Origin: Podarcis vaucheri
Taxonomy: Eukaryota
Assembly (NCBI GenBank): GCA_965113315.1
Contig: OZ220363.1
DNA: 64,000 nt
Strand: one strand, 5' to 3'
Below are positions 26,645-38,175 of the stretch, piece by piece. Within the stretch, counting starts at the first letter, position 1, and the number at the start of each line of letters is the position of its first letter. The translations under genes and the position numbers were made by a program. A model generated the notes under the pieces. It saw nothing but the letters and a program-made list of their open reading frames with translations, did no database searches and was not told the DNA's origin.

Positions 26645-29600
26645 CTTATAGCAATAGGTAAATTGCATAAAACGGATGTTCTTTGAGGGTGAAGCCTCAA
26701 ATATGGATTTTGTGGTTATGTGCACATTACCACTTACTCTGCCTTCAGTGCACTCCTACCACTGGTGTTAAAAGCTGAGTACACATGACGCTAGTCACAG
26801 TCTATATGTTTCCTGTTGTTTCTTGAGAAATACTGTGATTTGATGTGTTTTCCCTCAATCCAGCTTCCATCCACTTTGAAACCATAACTGTTGATGTGTG
26901 TACTTTTAGGACAGCCGTTGAGCATGTGCAGATGACAGCTACGTTTAGCATGGGGAAACAAATCAGGTAATATGTATCGTGTGAAGACATCCCCGAGTCC
27001 TTTCTGGTGTGTACAGGAACATAAAAAGCATATTTGATACACAGTGGCAGGAAACTGCTAACATGTACCATATTGGCCTGAATATAAGCCACACATTTTC
27101 CCTAAATTCCAACCGTGAAAAGTTAAAGTGGTTTCTACGATATTGGCTTCTACGATATGGCTGCAGGATTTTCTTCTACATTTGCCATTTATGGGTGTGA
27201 GTGCCTGCAGAATTTTAAGGGAGAAACTTATATTTGAGTATTATCTTTTTTTCTTTTCCCCCCCTTGAATTTTAAAGGTGCGGCTTATTTGCAGGCACGG
27301 CTTATATTCGGGTCAATACGATATACAGCCAGAGTCAACTCCTGGAAAATTCTAGAGCTCTTGGGGAACTCTGTACTTAATTTTCCAATTTTAAGATTAT
27401 GATTTTAACTATCAGCACATACTGGGATGGTGGGGTAGTTGTATTTCCACCATGTTTCTCTGTTTCCACAGCAACCTGGTATTAACCTGAGTAAGTGATT
27501 GGCACTTGCAAGTGTTTGAAATGTGATGAATATTAGTTTTCACAAGCTAATGCCAGTTGAATTTTGTGAATGTGGAGAAATATACATGAGCAAATACATG
27601 CAGTATGCCAAATGGGACAGTCATCATTCACTAATGTATATCAAATAAGTAATGGGTGGCTGACATCCATATTTTCTCCAGGATTGTCACCACTTACGTG
27701 TAAATATTGACTTCTAGCCCAAAAGTCTAAGCAGGCCTGCTGGGATCTTAATTTGGCCTCTGAGGCCATTTCCCCCAAGCCCCGCCCACTCACACTGATA
27801 CTTCAATCACAATATGTGCCTGGCGCCTGGATAACTATGAACACTGTCCAAAGGGTTAAAGTAAAATCAATCCAAGTGCATGTAAATGTGTGAAAATTTT
27901 CCTTTAGGAAGTAAAAGGGTTACAGCAATCAGCATCTGAGCATACACAAAAATAGTGGAGTTTGATGCTTAAGTTAATGCAGAATACACATGCACAGAAA
28001 ACAAAAATTAGCTCACAATCAGTCGGCTTTCCCAGGTAACGCAGCGGGACAAATGAAAAGTCGCTCAGACCTGTGCTTTCTGGGCATGGGACAAGCAGAA
28101 GTGTGGACAAGCCCTCCGTGTTCCCCACTACAGTGAGAAGCATTGTATTTCTACTTCAGTTATAGTAATTGTTTCTAAATGTGTGCGCATACACATAAAT
28201 TAGCACGTGAAAATTAGTGCATGCAAATGAGTGTCCTTTTTGCCCTCTTTTTGAGCATTACATAAGTGGCCATCCTTGGTACCGCTGCTACGTAAGCACT
28301 CACAAAGAGGAAAGGGAGGAAGGAACCAGCCCTCTTTGCTTTCCGATAAGTGCACTGACGAAAACCTCCTCCTGTCCTCCTGCCCCACCACATCATCATC
28401 ATCATCAAGTGTAGCATAGAACAAAACATGGTATTTCAATGCACTGAAATGAACCCAACCTTACAAAGTACATTTTCACCCTAACCAGCAACCTTTGGAA
28501 GAAATTGATCCACAGCAAACATAAACATTTGGAAACATCTGAATCTACCAGAGTCAAACAGGGTGAAGTAATAGCCAATGAGGTACAGAACCAGAGTGGA
28601 CGCAAAACATTCTTATGGCACCTTCTCCTGGGAGTTCAAAAGGCAATCCAAATCCTGGCTGGGAATGAGTTCAGCTTAATGGGATCCGCAGTCCTATTGC
28701 TCATGCTGGGCAAGGTGGAAGACAGGGACGGGCAAAACACTGCGCCAGCCTGGAGCTGGTACAGTGCTCAGGCATGGATCAGACCTGATGTTTTCTTGTG
28801 ACAACAGTGGGTTTGGCTTGGGATCCAGTGGATCCCAGGGCAGCTCAGCCATTCCTCCATCCTGTTCCAGGAATGGCACATTTCAGGGCTTTCTGTGAGC
28901 TGTTGCTGGCGAGGATCCCCCCGGCAGCACTTGGCAAGCAAAGCAGGAAGCTCCGTACCAGTGGCGTGGTGCTGGTATCACTCTGCAGGCAGAGTACAAA
29001 CAAAGCCCAGCAGGGTTAAATAGAGGAACATCTCCACCCAATCCAAACCTGCTTCCCCCACCTTATAGCAGTTTCGATTGCAGTGTTTAGCGGCCAGGGA
29101 AATGCAACTCCAATGAAGGACCCTGAGATCCCTAAAAAGGAAACAGTGAGTGACGAACTCATCACTGAAAGCTGGAAAAAAAGCCCACAGTACAGTCCCA
29201 AATGCCTCACTTGGCTCTTTAAAACTATGCGAGGCAGCTAAGACATCTCCACTGGGTTCCTTGCACACAAGGCTATGCATGCTCTCTCGTGAAAGCCAAG
29301 AGAGGCAGTAGCCAAGGCAACTACAGTAACCCTTTTCTAGCTCCTTCCTTCAGCTAGAAAAAGCACTGCTGCAGTACCCCACCAGTGGATCCCAACTTTG
29401 AAAGTCGATGGAGAAGGAGCTTGAGGGGCAGTTAAGCCAGAAAGGGAAAGTAGGAGTGGGCAGGTCTTCTAACTTAGAAGGAACTCAGACAGGAAGAGAA
29501 GGAAGAATTCAATCCCACGGTTTAAAGCCTGAGGTCCTAAGGAGTCGGGAACCAGCCAGACACCCCTCTAAGTTGTTCTATCAACATTTGGGACCTGTGT

Positions 29601-32587
29601 GTTTTCTGTGATCTTTTCGCAACCTGTACTTATGGCAGGAACCACCCATATGCACCTGCAGAATAAAGCACTGAAAATAGGGAGGCGTATTCGTGGACCC
29701 TCAAGGGAAAAGGCTCCTTGAACATAAATTTTATTGTGAAGATGTGCATTTCCCATCTAACTAACTAGATATCCTTCTATGAGATCAGAGCATCCATCAG
29801 GGTTCTAGAAAGGCCAGCAATACTAAGATAACAAAAAATAAAGGGTTTTATGCATGAAGATTCCATCTTGTGATGGAAGAAAAAGAAGCATCACTCTAAT
29901 TGGAAACCACACTGAAGAACACCTTCCTCCCCACATGGCAGATGCGTGGACAGCTGAATCCCTGGACAGGAACATATGCCCGAAAGTGGCACAAAGACAA
30001 GTGTTGTGCTGGGTGTGTGCAGAACAATTGCCCAGAGTGCTGAAACAAAGCACATCTGAAGCACCATTGTGAATGTTACTCATACCGAGACGCTTCTGCT
30101 CTGCATGCTCTCAGTAGATAAAAGTGCCATTTTAAATATTTTAGTACAACGGTTCAATCTTAAGTTATCTTGGGCTCAACTGATGTCTAAGAAAGAGGCT
30201 CCCGCTGTAAGAAAAAACATGCTCTTTCTTGTAACATCCTTGGCTTGTGTGAATCAATGAATCAAGGAAAGGAATTCAGTGCCAGATTTTGGTGGGCCTT
30301 GAACAAGCTGCCCTTAGGGGGCACACTTCAGTGCAGACCCACTCCCCAAGAGCTTACCACAACCTGAGCCCTCAAAGCAACAGTACTGTTGCAGCTGCCA
30401 ACCTCACACCCATGGGTGGCCACCCATCCCCAAGCCCTTCAGATTCCCCTTTCCCTTTACACGTGCTTGAAGCCTTTTCTAGTGGTGACACCGGAAAGGG
30501 CTGGGAAACGAGCTGCTGTTCTGTGAACAATTACACTGCTGCTGCCAGGTAAGCCCACCAGCAAGCAAGCAAGCACAGGAGGCAAAGAGGTGGAGCAGCT
30601 GCCAGGCTCCTCCTCCTCCTCATGAAGCCTCAAGGGGGAGGCTGGCAGCAGCGCCATCACTAGAGGGTTCACAGAACAGCAGGGCAAGCAAGCAGGCAGT
30701 CCAAGTGGGCGCTGCATGGCCCCTTGCAATTGCCCAAGTATGCCAGGTGCTGATGCCAGATCTCAAGAAGTTCATTGAAGATGACTTGGAATAAAATGGA
30801 TTTGTTTCAGAAGAGACAGTGAAGATTTCTATCCCAATGCATTCATGCAGACAGCTGCCTTTATAAATTATAAAGAATTAAGGAATGTTACCTTATTCTG
30901 TGGATGTTTTTGTATGGAGGCTTTCCCTAAAAAGGAAGTTCAGCATCAAAACACTCAGTAATGCTGTGTGGAGTTTTTTCTGGCCCTGCAATGCAAGATC
31001 TGTAAGAATTAATGATAAGGAAGCTCCTGCTGCCTGTCTGAAGGAAGTAAGAGCATGACTGGGTGGAAAGCCAAGCAATCTTAACTCTTCCAGTTAACAC
31101 TCAAATTAAAAAAGAAATATTACAGTAAAGAAAGTGAGCAGGTGTACATATTATTTCCAAAAAATACTCTGGAGTGTTTTCACAAGTCAAATAACTGCAG
31201 ACATAATGTGAGAACTAGTAAGCAAATCCTATCTATTTTCAAAAGAAGATTTGTGAATTCTGGGAGCTATTTCAAGATTCTTGATAGGCACAGGAGATAA
31301 AGATATATAGCTACAGATATGCTCCCATATCACAACTGGCCCCAAGGCAACGTTTTATACATTCTAGACTTAGAAGTATGTGAGATCTGATTTTAAGATC
31401 AACTGTACCCATAAATGTAATTTATTTTACCCCCTAGTTTCTGTATTGTACAGTGTGTCCTTGTACAGATAATATTCTCTACATTCAGTTCCCATCTGTA
31501 AAACCAGCAAACGTTATGCCAAAATTAGTCCTTTAAGGGCCTCTTCTGTTGTAGCACCTATCCTATCCAAGCAAGGCCCATCAGCCCTCATCACTATACT
31601 GTGTCAGGCAAATAGTGAAGACCTAGCTTTTAAAAATAGTGAAGATCTAGCTTGATGAACTGTAATTTTGGCTGCCTCCCTTTTGGTGTGTGTCTGGAAC
31701 ACCACCAAAACTGCTTGTCTAACCTTAACAAACAATGGGCTACTTTAGATGGTAGAGGGTATCCATATCTTATTTTAGGCTCCTTGTAGACATACCTATA
31801 AGAGACAGCTCTCAATCCTACAACCCTACTAAGCTCAAGTGCTTGGAAATAATTTATCCTTGTTTACATTATGGATGCCAACTCAATTCAAGTCCTTCAG
31901 TCCAACTGGGTCATGAATCTGGGTTGCTTGCATATCATCATAGCAAACCCATAAAGGGAACCAATATGTTGAAGTTAATATCGGATGAACCACAAGGCAG
32001 TCAAAAACGGAAAGGGTGGATTCACTCTCATTTGGCAGTCTTCATATCTGACCCACATAAAAGTGATTTAGCCAAAACAGAAGGAATGTATGATACAGCT
32101 AAGCTAGATGTAATGGCTACTAAATTAAATGAAAACTGGCCTGTGTGTTCTTTGCAAAAATCAAGATAACCTTTTCATCTTTAATGGTCCAAGGAACAGT
32201 GAAACATACAAGAGGATTAATTACTCCCGCTATGAACACACCTATCAATGTGGTGTGAATCCTAGTCTAAACCATTTCAACAACAAAAAAGCTATGGTAT
32301 GTGCTTGCAAATCCATTCTCCATTCCTCTTCCAGGCTGCCCCACATTGCTTCCCAGGGATTTAACAGCCTAGAACCATGTGGCTTGTGAATGTGCTTCTC
32401 ATACACATACAGTCGTACCTTGGGTGCTAAATGCCTTCATTGTGGGTTAAAGGCTATAGGATGCAACATTCTGAATGAAGTTAAGAAAACTTGCACCTGG
32501 TCAGTGCTGGATGGGAGGCAGACTGGGAAACCTAAGTTCTGATGTTGAAAAGTAAGATTAGGATATAAGCGTAATTACTACTCCAAC

Positions 32588-32632
<45 letters not shown>
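32588..32632. repeat. (TAA)n microsatellite
   Basis: Direct reading. Confidence 0.97.
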
Positions 32633-32637
<5 letters not shown>

Positions 32638-32723
32638 CTGCTTCTTCTCAATCCTCAGAAGATACAGAAGCAAATTTGCTCAATTTATATAGGTTGGATA
32701 CCCTATATCCAGCCAGAGATTTA

Positions 32724-32903
32724 GGTAGTGTACACACTATACCTTTAAAGCACATTCAAAGCACAATTCTTTCTTTCAAAGAATTCTGGGGACTGTAGTT
32801 CACTGCTTACAGCGTTGCAATTCCCTACAACCCTTAACAAACTACAGTGCCCAGAATTCTTTGAAAGAAATGTGCTTCAAAGGTAAAGTGTGTGTATGCA
32901 GCC
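32724..32903. mobile_element. Palindromic non-autonomous DNA element
   Basis: Long imperfect inverted arms TACACAC.ATACCTTT.AAGCACA...TTTCAAAGAATTCTGGG.ACTGTAGTT / AACTACAGT.CCCAGAATTCTTTGAAAG...TGTGCTT.AAAGGTA. Confidence 0.7.
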
Positions 32904-33244
32904 AGAGAGGGTGCAACCCAGCTGAGACCTTTGAGCGCATGGAATGGCATTTGATCCAATGGAGGCATCTGCTAATGGAGGGGGTGGTTTTTGCTTATTC
33001 CCCCCTCCCTCTGCAGCCCCCCCATGCCATCTTTCACTCTGCACTAGAGGGTCCCCTAACCCTCTGAAGCAGGAGCACCAACTTGGCTCTGTGACTGTGG
33101 GTGCCTGGGGCAGTGGGTGCCATGCAGCTTGCATGGCTCTGACACTGAAATTTGTGGGTGTCCTTTCATGGGGAATTTTGTGGGTGCTCAGGCACCCAGG
33201 GCCTCAGAGAGTTGTCACCTATGCTCTGAAGTTGATTTTCAAGG

Positions 33245-33545
33245 TATGCTGCAGATCACTGCTGGATCAAAAACGCTTGTACCAGTTGGAACACAAGGGA
33301 TTTCATTCTTCTTAACTATTGTGGCCAACAGCCATTGATAGATAGATTCATGTATGATAGACCTAATAAAAAGATATGAATCTGCTAAATAAAGAGGCAT
33401 TGATGCCAACAGCTATCATAACATCCTGCAGCAATATATTCCATATCCTGGATTAATTACATGTTGCCAAAAGTATTTCTTTTTTCTGTCCTGAATCTAC
33501 TGCCAAGCAATTTCACTGGATGACCCCCAAGTTCTAAAATTCTGA
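33245..33545 (-). mobile_element. CR1 LINE fragment
   Basis: CTGCTGGATCA..., AGCCATTGATAGA, and the ORF2-end motif CTGTCCTGAATCT...TTTCA.TGGATGACCCC.AGTTCTA. Confidence 0.55.
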
Positions 33546-34119
33546 GACTGAGTGGATAACTCTCTGCCAGCAGAAATCTGAACTATCACAGAGGCACCGA
33601 GAAATATTCATGTCTTGTAGGAACTTGCTTTCTAGAATGCTACAGTTAGGGCACACGGCAGAGAGAATGGGGAATTCCAAGATATGGGAAATGTGGAAAC
33701 GCCCAGTGCCAGGTAGTTAGGCAAAGAACAAGCTTTTAAGAGATAAAGGACCTGGTAAAAGGGCATTACATTGCATAGCTTAAAATGTAAATGTGCTGGA
33801 TATGAAGATGTGGGGGAGATAACCTAAGTTGTATTTCTCTCCAAGTCACACTAAAAATTTAGATCACTTAGGATACAATACAGGACACACACAACACTAA
33901 TAATTAGGTATTTGACTCGTAAGAGTTTCCTATCATATTCCTACTCCCATGCATTTTTAAGCACCAATAGATGTTATTAATCACCACATATGTCACTGTA
34001 GGATTACATGCATTCTTAAAATATGAATGGGCTTCACTTGAAAGATTTTTGTTAAATGAAGCAACCAAAGAAACTTTTATTAATTACAGCCCACTGATTT
34101 CATTCATTTCAGATGAGTG

Positions 34120-34123
<4 letters not shown>

Positions 34124-34204
<81 letters not shown>
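34124..34204. repeat. Compound (TC)n(CA)n microsatellite
   Basis: Direct reading. Confidence 0.97.
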
Positions 34205-34206
<2 letters not shown>

Positions 34207-34935
34207 TTAAGGTGACAATTATGCCCTCAATCAACTTATTTCTCACCCAGTTCCCATTAATTTCTCACTGTAGTGTTCAAGTTTCCCAAATGTTAAAAGG
34301 ATTAGAATCTTAAGCAGCCACTCCCAACCTGGTCCTTTCCAGTTGTTTAAGTCTACAACTGCTGTCATCCTTGACCATTGGGCATACTGGCTGGGGCTGT
34401 CCAAAACATCCGGAGGACACCAGGGTGAGGAAGGCTGATCGAAAGCAATGGTGCCAACAATTTGGAAAAGTTTGTCACAAGTCAAGACCACCGTATACGT
34501 ATCTCTACCCTACATTCAGTACATATGTAGCCTCCGGTGTGTTGGTGGTGGCTTTCCCTGTAGTCTACAATGTAAATACATGGGCTACAGCCAAGTCCAT
34601 GGGTTCTCCTGCTCTCTCACAGAGTTCCACAATACCTTCCCTTCCCACTTTCCCTTTGCCACTAGTGGTATCCATTCCACAGATTGGCAGCTAATACTAT
34701 AATGTATGGCTCAGGACAATGCTCAGCACCAGGGCGATCATCCTTCTTGTCAGTGAAAGAGAAATAGACACCTCCTTCATGCCCTTTCCTGAAAGATGGA
34801 AAAGCGTGATTTGTGTTATAAAGTTGCAAAGTGGTTGTTTTTCATACCAGAATCCATCACAGAATTAGCTTACCTGGTTGTAGAGAGAGAGGGAGAAAGA
34901 GTTGGTAAGAGATATAATTGCCCCTGCCACATTAC

Positions 34936-36466
34936 CTGCTGAAACATTAACAAACACACATGAATATACACCATCCTCCGCTGGGAGAGAGTCACATGAT
35001 ATCGGAAGATGCCCCTCTTTCAAATGAATCCAACACAGATCTTTCAGGGCCTCACAAAATCCCCGGCATGGTGGAGGTGTTATTGGAAGAGAAGCACTAC
35101 ACCCAGGTACCAGCAGCAAGCAGAAAAACCACTCCAAGTAGCGGTGACACCGAGTTTTAAGAAGCCCCTCCCACTCATGCAAAGCAGCCCGAATTTCCTC
35201 CTCACTGCCATGATGCAAATAATTCGGCACTCGGAAACGCTTCATGCCCAGGTTGTTGCAATATGACAGATTGGTCGGTAAGGGCAAGCAGTGGCCAGCT
35301 GTTGGAGTCAATCCAGGAAAGAAGGAAGGAAGCCCTGTGCTACTATTGCTAAAATGTTGCATAGTGTAGGTTAGTAGAAACTCAGGAGAGTCAGAGTTAT
35401 TGGCAGGGGGGAAATCCATAACATTAATTGCATTCGAATTAGAAACAGAATCACTAGAGCGGTTCTTATGTGCATCAGCTACGGCTATCCCAGAATGCTT
35501 AAGGAAGGGGTGGCTTTTAAGGCTGAGGTGGGTTCTATTGCCATTAGAGACTGATTTGTCTGGATCTGCAACATAACTGAATAGCCGGTTGTCTAAAGCA
35601 CCCACCACCTTGGAAGGAATTCCAGCATGCATGCGGCTGCTATTAGCCTGAAGCTCCTGCAATCCCAAAGCATTTGCACTGGACAAAATTCCTTGTTTTT
35701 CTGCGAAAGCTCCCCAGGGTGCCCTTGTTCCTGGGGTGGTGGCACTTCCTTGCCCCGCATCTGTGGATTCTTGAAAAGCCAACCTGGTGCCACCAGCATG
35801 AACATCTGGTGAAAATGAGAAAGGAGCACTACCTGGGGGTGGAATCTCAGGCTTCTTTAAGAGGACTTTAGTCTTGTTCCAGGGAACAGAAGGCTTTGTA
35901 GTCACTGAGAGAACCAGCTCTGGCTGCCCAGCTTCCAGGGAGGTCTTCACGTTGCCAGTAGAGTTGGCAGTAGCATTCTGGATGCTCACTGCCTCCGTCA
36001 CAGGGGTGGGAGCTGCTGTCAGAAGATCAGCTGTTGCAGGTGCCTCGGTCCTCTCCGTCCCTGTGGTTGTCTTCTCGTCCCAGAGCTGAACCAAATTTCT
36101 GATTCCCTCAGCAACGTTTAATATTTCAGCCCCTACCCCTGCAATATTTCCTTCTCTGCTTTCCAGCTCAGAAGATGATGTAGCTGTAGGGATCGTTGTG
36201 GCTGCAGTCAAGTCCGGCCTCTTCAGGGTGAATATAGTCCACACTCTTCCCTTCTGCTGGGTAGTGCTTTCCAGGGGGGTGTTCAGGGTGGCAGCCGCAG
36301 GCGTGGCAAGTTGCTGTGCCGTCTGCTCCTCAGTAGTACCAGCAGCTTCTGTGGGTGGGAGGGTTTCTTCCTTCGAACCCCCCCACAGCCAACTCCAGCC
36401 CTGTGCATTGGATAAGCAACAGGTCAGCAACAGCAGAAGCCGAATGCTGAGCTCAGCTCGAGCCAT
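34936..36466 (-). CDS. COL18A1: COL18A1 promoter-2 first coding exon (long isoform): signal peptide, DUF959-like region, Ser/Thr-rich linker, Frizzled cysteine-rich domain
   Basis: ATG at 36466 (the ORF track starts earlier at a GTG). MARAELSIRLLLLLTCCLSNAQG is a signal peptide. NIAGVGAEILNVAEGIRNLVQLW is the collagen XVIII DUF959 signature. The CRD has 10 Cys (GHCLPLP...CVFV). Donor GCAG|GTAATG at 34936/34935; 1531 nt = phase 1, matching the next exon. Confidence 0.95.
35833..36466 (-). CDS. COL18A1: COL18A1 medium-isoform version of the first exon (internal 5' splice site, omits the Frizzled domain)
   Basis: CAG|GTAGTG at 35833/35832 after ...PEIPPP; 634 nt = phase 1, in frame with the TSPN exon. 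The position parallels the mammalian internal donor after ...VPPPSS (recalled, not aligned). Confidence 0.7.
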
Positions 36467-37000
36467 TAAAATGTTGCTTGGAGGGGGAGATGTGCTGCGC
36501 TGCAGTGGGTGGTGAATGGAAGAATTCACATTGATCTGTGTCCTCTGGAGCTCCGGGGTGAGGAAGCATGCCGCTCTCTTCCAAGTAGATATAAAACTAA
36601 TGGAGGCGTGGTTAACAGAGCCCTCCCCTCCAGCAGCCTGCTTCCCATTAAATCAAAAGCTAACTACAGCACAGCCGGCAAGGCTCTCCAAGGCAAGAGT
36701 GTTCGAGCCACAAGCATACTTGAAGATGCATTTGTTTCTATCCGATGCACTAGCACACACAAAAAGGCATACCTGGAAGCCAGCAATTCTGCTCGATTGC
36801 TTCACCATGTAAGCATTTTTCCTGTTTTCCCCCTGAAGCTCACAAAAGTATTTGGGCACGTTAAACTCCTCCCTGCCCCAAACTGATACTAAAAGGAGGC
36901 AGCAGATCTTTCCCCTTCCTGGATGATTACAGTTAATTTCCTTGACTTGAAATAATTAACATCAGCACTGAGAGTGCACTGATATCTCTTCTTTAAAGAT
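36467..37000 (-). promoter_or_regulatory. Probable COL18A1 promoter 2 / 5' UTR region
   Basis: Inferred from position directly upstream of the signal-peptide ATG. No obvious repeats; TATA-like TTTATAT near 36590 and an HNF1-like half site (AATAATTAAC) at 36951-36960. The TSS cannot be determined. Confidence 0.45.
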
Positions 37001-37504
37001 ATCATTTCTAAAGGAGGAGGAACACAGCAGGAAACTTGCAGGGGAGTAGATATGCTCCAGTCACCCAAGGGGAAGGATTCCTGTCTAGTTAAACTGTTAA
37101 CGTCAGCAGCTAAAGTTAAGCAGTTTTGAACCCAATTCCTTTAACAGGAGAGTTAATACTTGCTTATAACTCTGCCATTCAAATAAGCATGACTAAAAAG
37201 GTGTTTGTATTTGGCTTAATCATATCCATAGTTACTGTGACCGGGGTGGGGGGAGGAAATGGGCTATCTACAAATCAGGGACTTCCCTCCCCATACACAT
37301 CATCACTGGCAACAGAATATGTATTAGGTATTCACATACACACCAAATCAGGGTGTGAGTTAAGCCTTCCATATGCTCTCTTGAACCCTGTTCATTGCAT
37401 CTTTTAAGATCTCACAGCTGGATCCAGTTAATGCCTCTTATGGAAAGGGTGATGCCCACCACACTGAACAAAAAGAGGCTGTGCACCCACTCCTAAGAGG
37501 ATCG

Positions 37505-38175
37505 TCCTGCACCCTGAGGTCTCAGATAACTACGGCCCAGTCACAAATATTCCTTCCTTGGGCAAGGTGGCAGAAAGTGTGGTGGCTAGCCAACTAAGGC
37601 ATGTCTAGATGAAGCAGGTTATCTAGACCCATTTCAATCTTGTTGCAAACAGCTCTGAAACAGCCCCAGTCAGCCTTACAATATGACCTTTATTTGGAGA
37701 GAGGCGTAGGGAGTGCTGCCTGTTGATTCTGCTTGACTTCTTAGCAGTGTTTGATATCACTGACCATGGTATCATGGAGCAGCTCTGTGAGGTGGGGAAA
37801 GGGAGGCCTGTGTTACACTAGCAGCACTTCTGCCTAGGGGACAACAGCTTTGTTGTTGTTTAATCGTTTATTCGTGTCCGACTCTTCGTGACCCCATGGA
37901 CCAGAGCACGCCAGGCACTTCTGTCTTCCACTGCCTCCCGCAGTTTAGTCAAACTCATGCTGGTAGCTTCCAGAACAGCTAGAGAGTAGCATTGGAAGAC
38001 TTCTGAATCATTGGGTTCATGCCTTTGGGTCACCGTATCTATATGAAACTGGTAGGAGGAGGTGCCATCTGGGGACTTGGATGCAGTGTCATCAGTTTGC
38101 AGATGACACGCAACTCTATCTCTCAATCCCAACTGAATAAGGAGGGGCTGTGCAAGTCTTGGGCCAGTGTCTGGG
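37505..38175 (+). mobile_element. Degenerate L2-type LINE reverse transcriptase fragment
   Basis: Remnant motifs NY.PV.NIP.LGK, LDPFQS, LILLD..A.FD..DH and CHQFADDTQLYLS; interrupted by the Bov-B-like insertion. Confidence 0.75.
37850..37973 (-). mobile_element. Bov-B-like RTE LINE 3' end (heavily 5'-truncated), nested in an L2 relic
   Basis: Encodes ...LREAVEDRSAWRALVHGVTKSRTR; (CAA)n tail; 7-bp TSD AACAGCT at 37843-37849 and 37974-37980. Confidence 0.85.

Larger units (their letters stand above)
3128..36466 (-). other. COL18A1: COL18A1 gene, 5' portion (long/medium isoform start codon to the last exon visible in the window); continues beyond position 1
   Basis: Four exons with canonical splice sites and compatible phases (1,0,0) splice into one frame: signal peptide - DUF959-like - Frizzled CRD - TSPN/LamG - acidic Ser-Gly linker, the N-terminal architecture of collagen XVIII. 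Confidence 0.96.

Noticed and set aside
35593-36886. Antisense and overlapping ORFs around the long exon (e.g. 36198-36515 +, 36509-36886 +)
   Set aside because: Shadow ORFs of a GC-rich coding exon with no recognisable domain.
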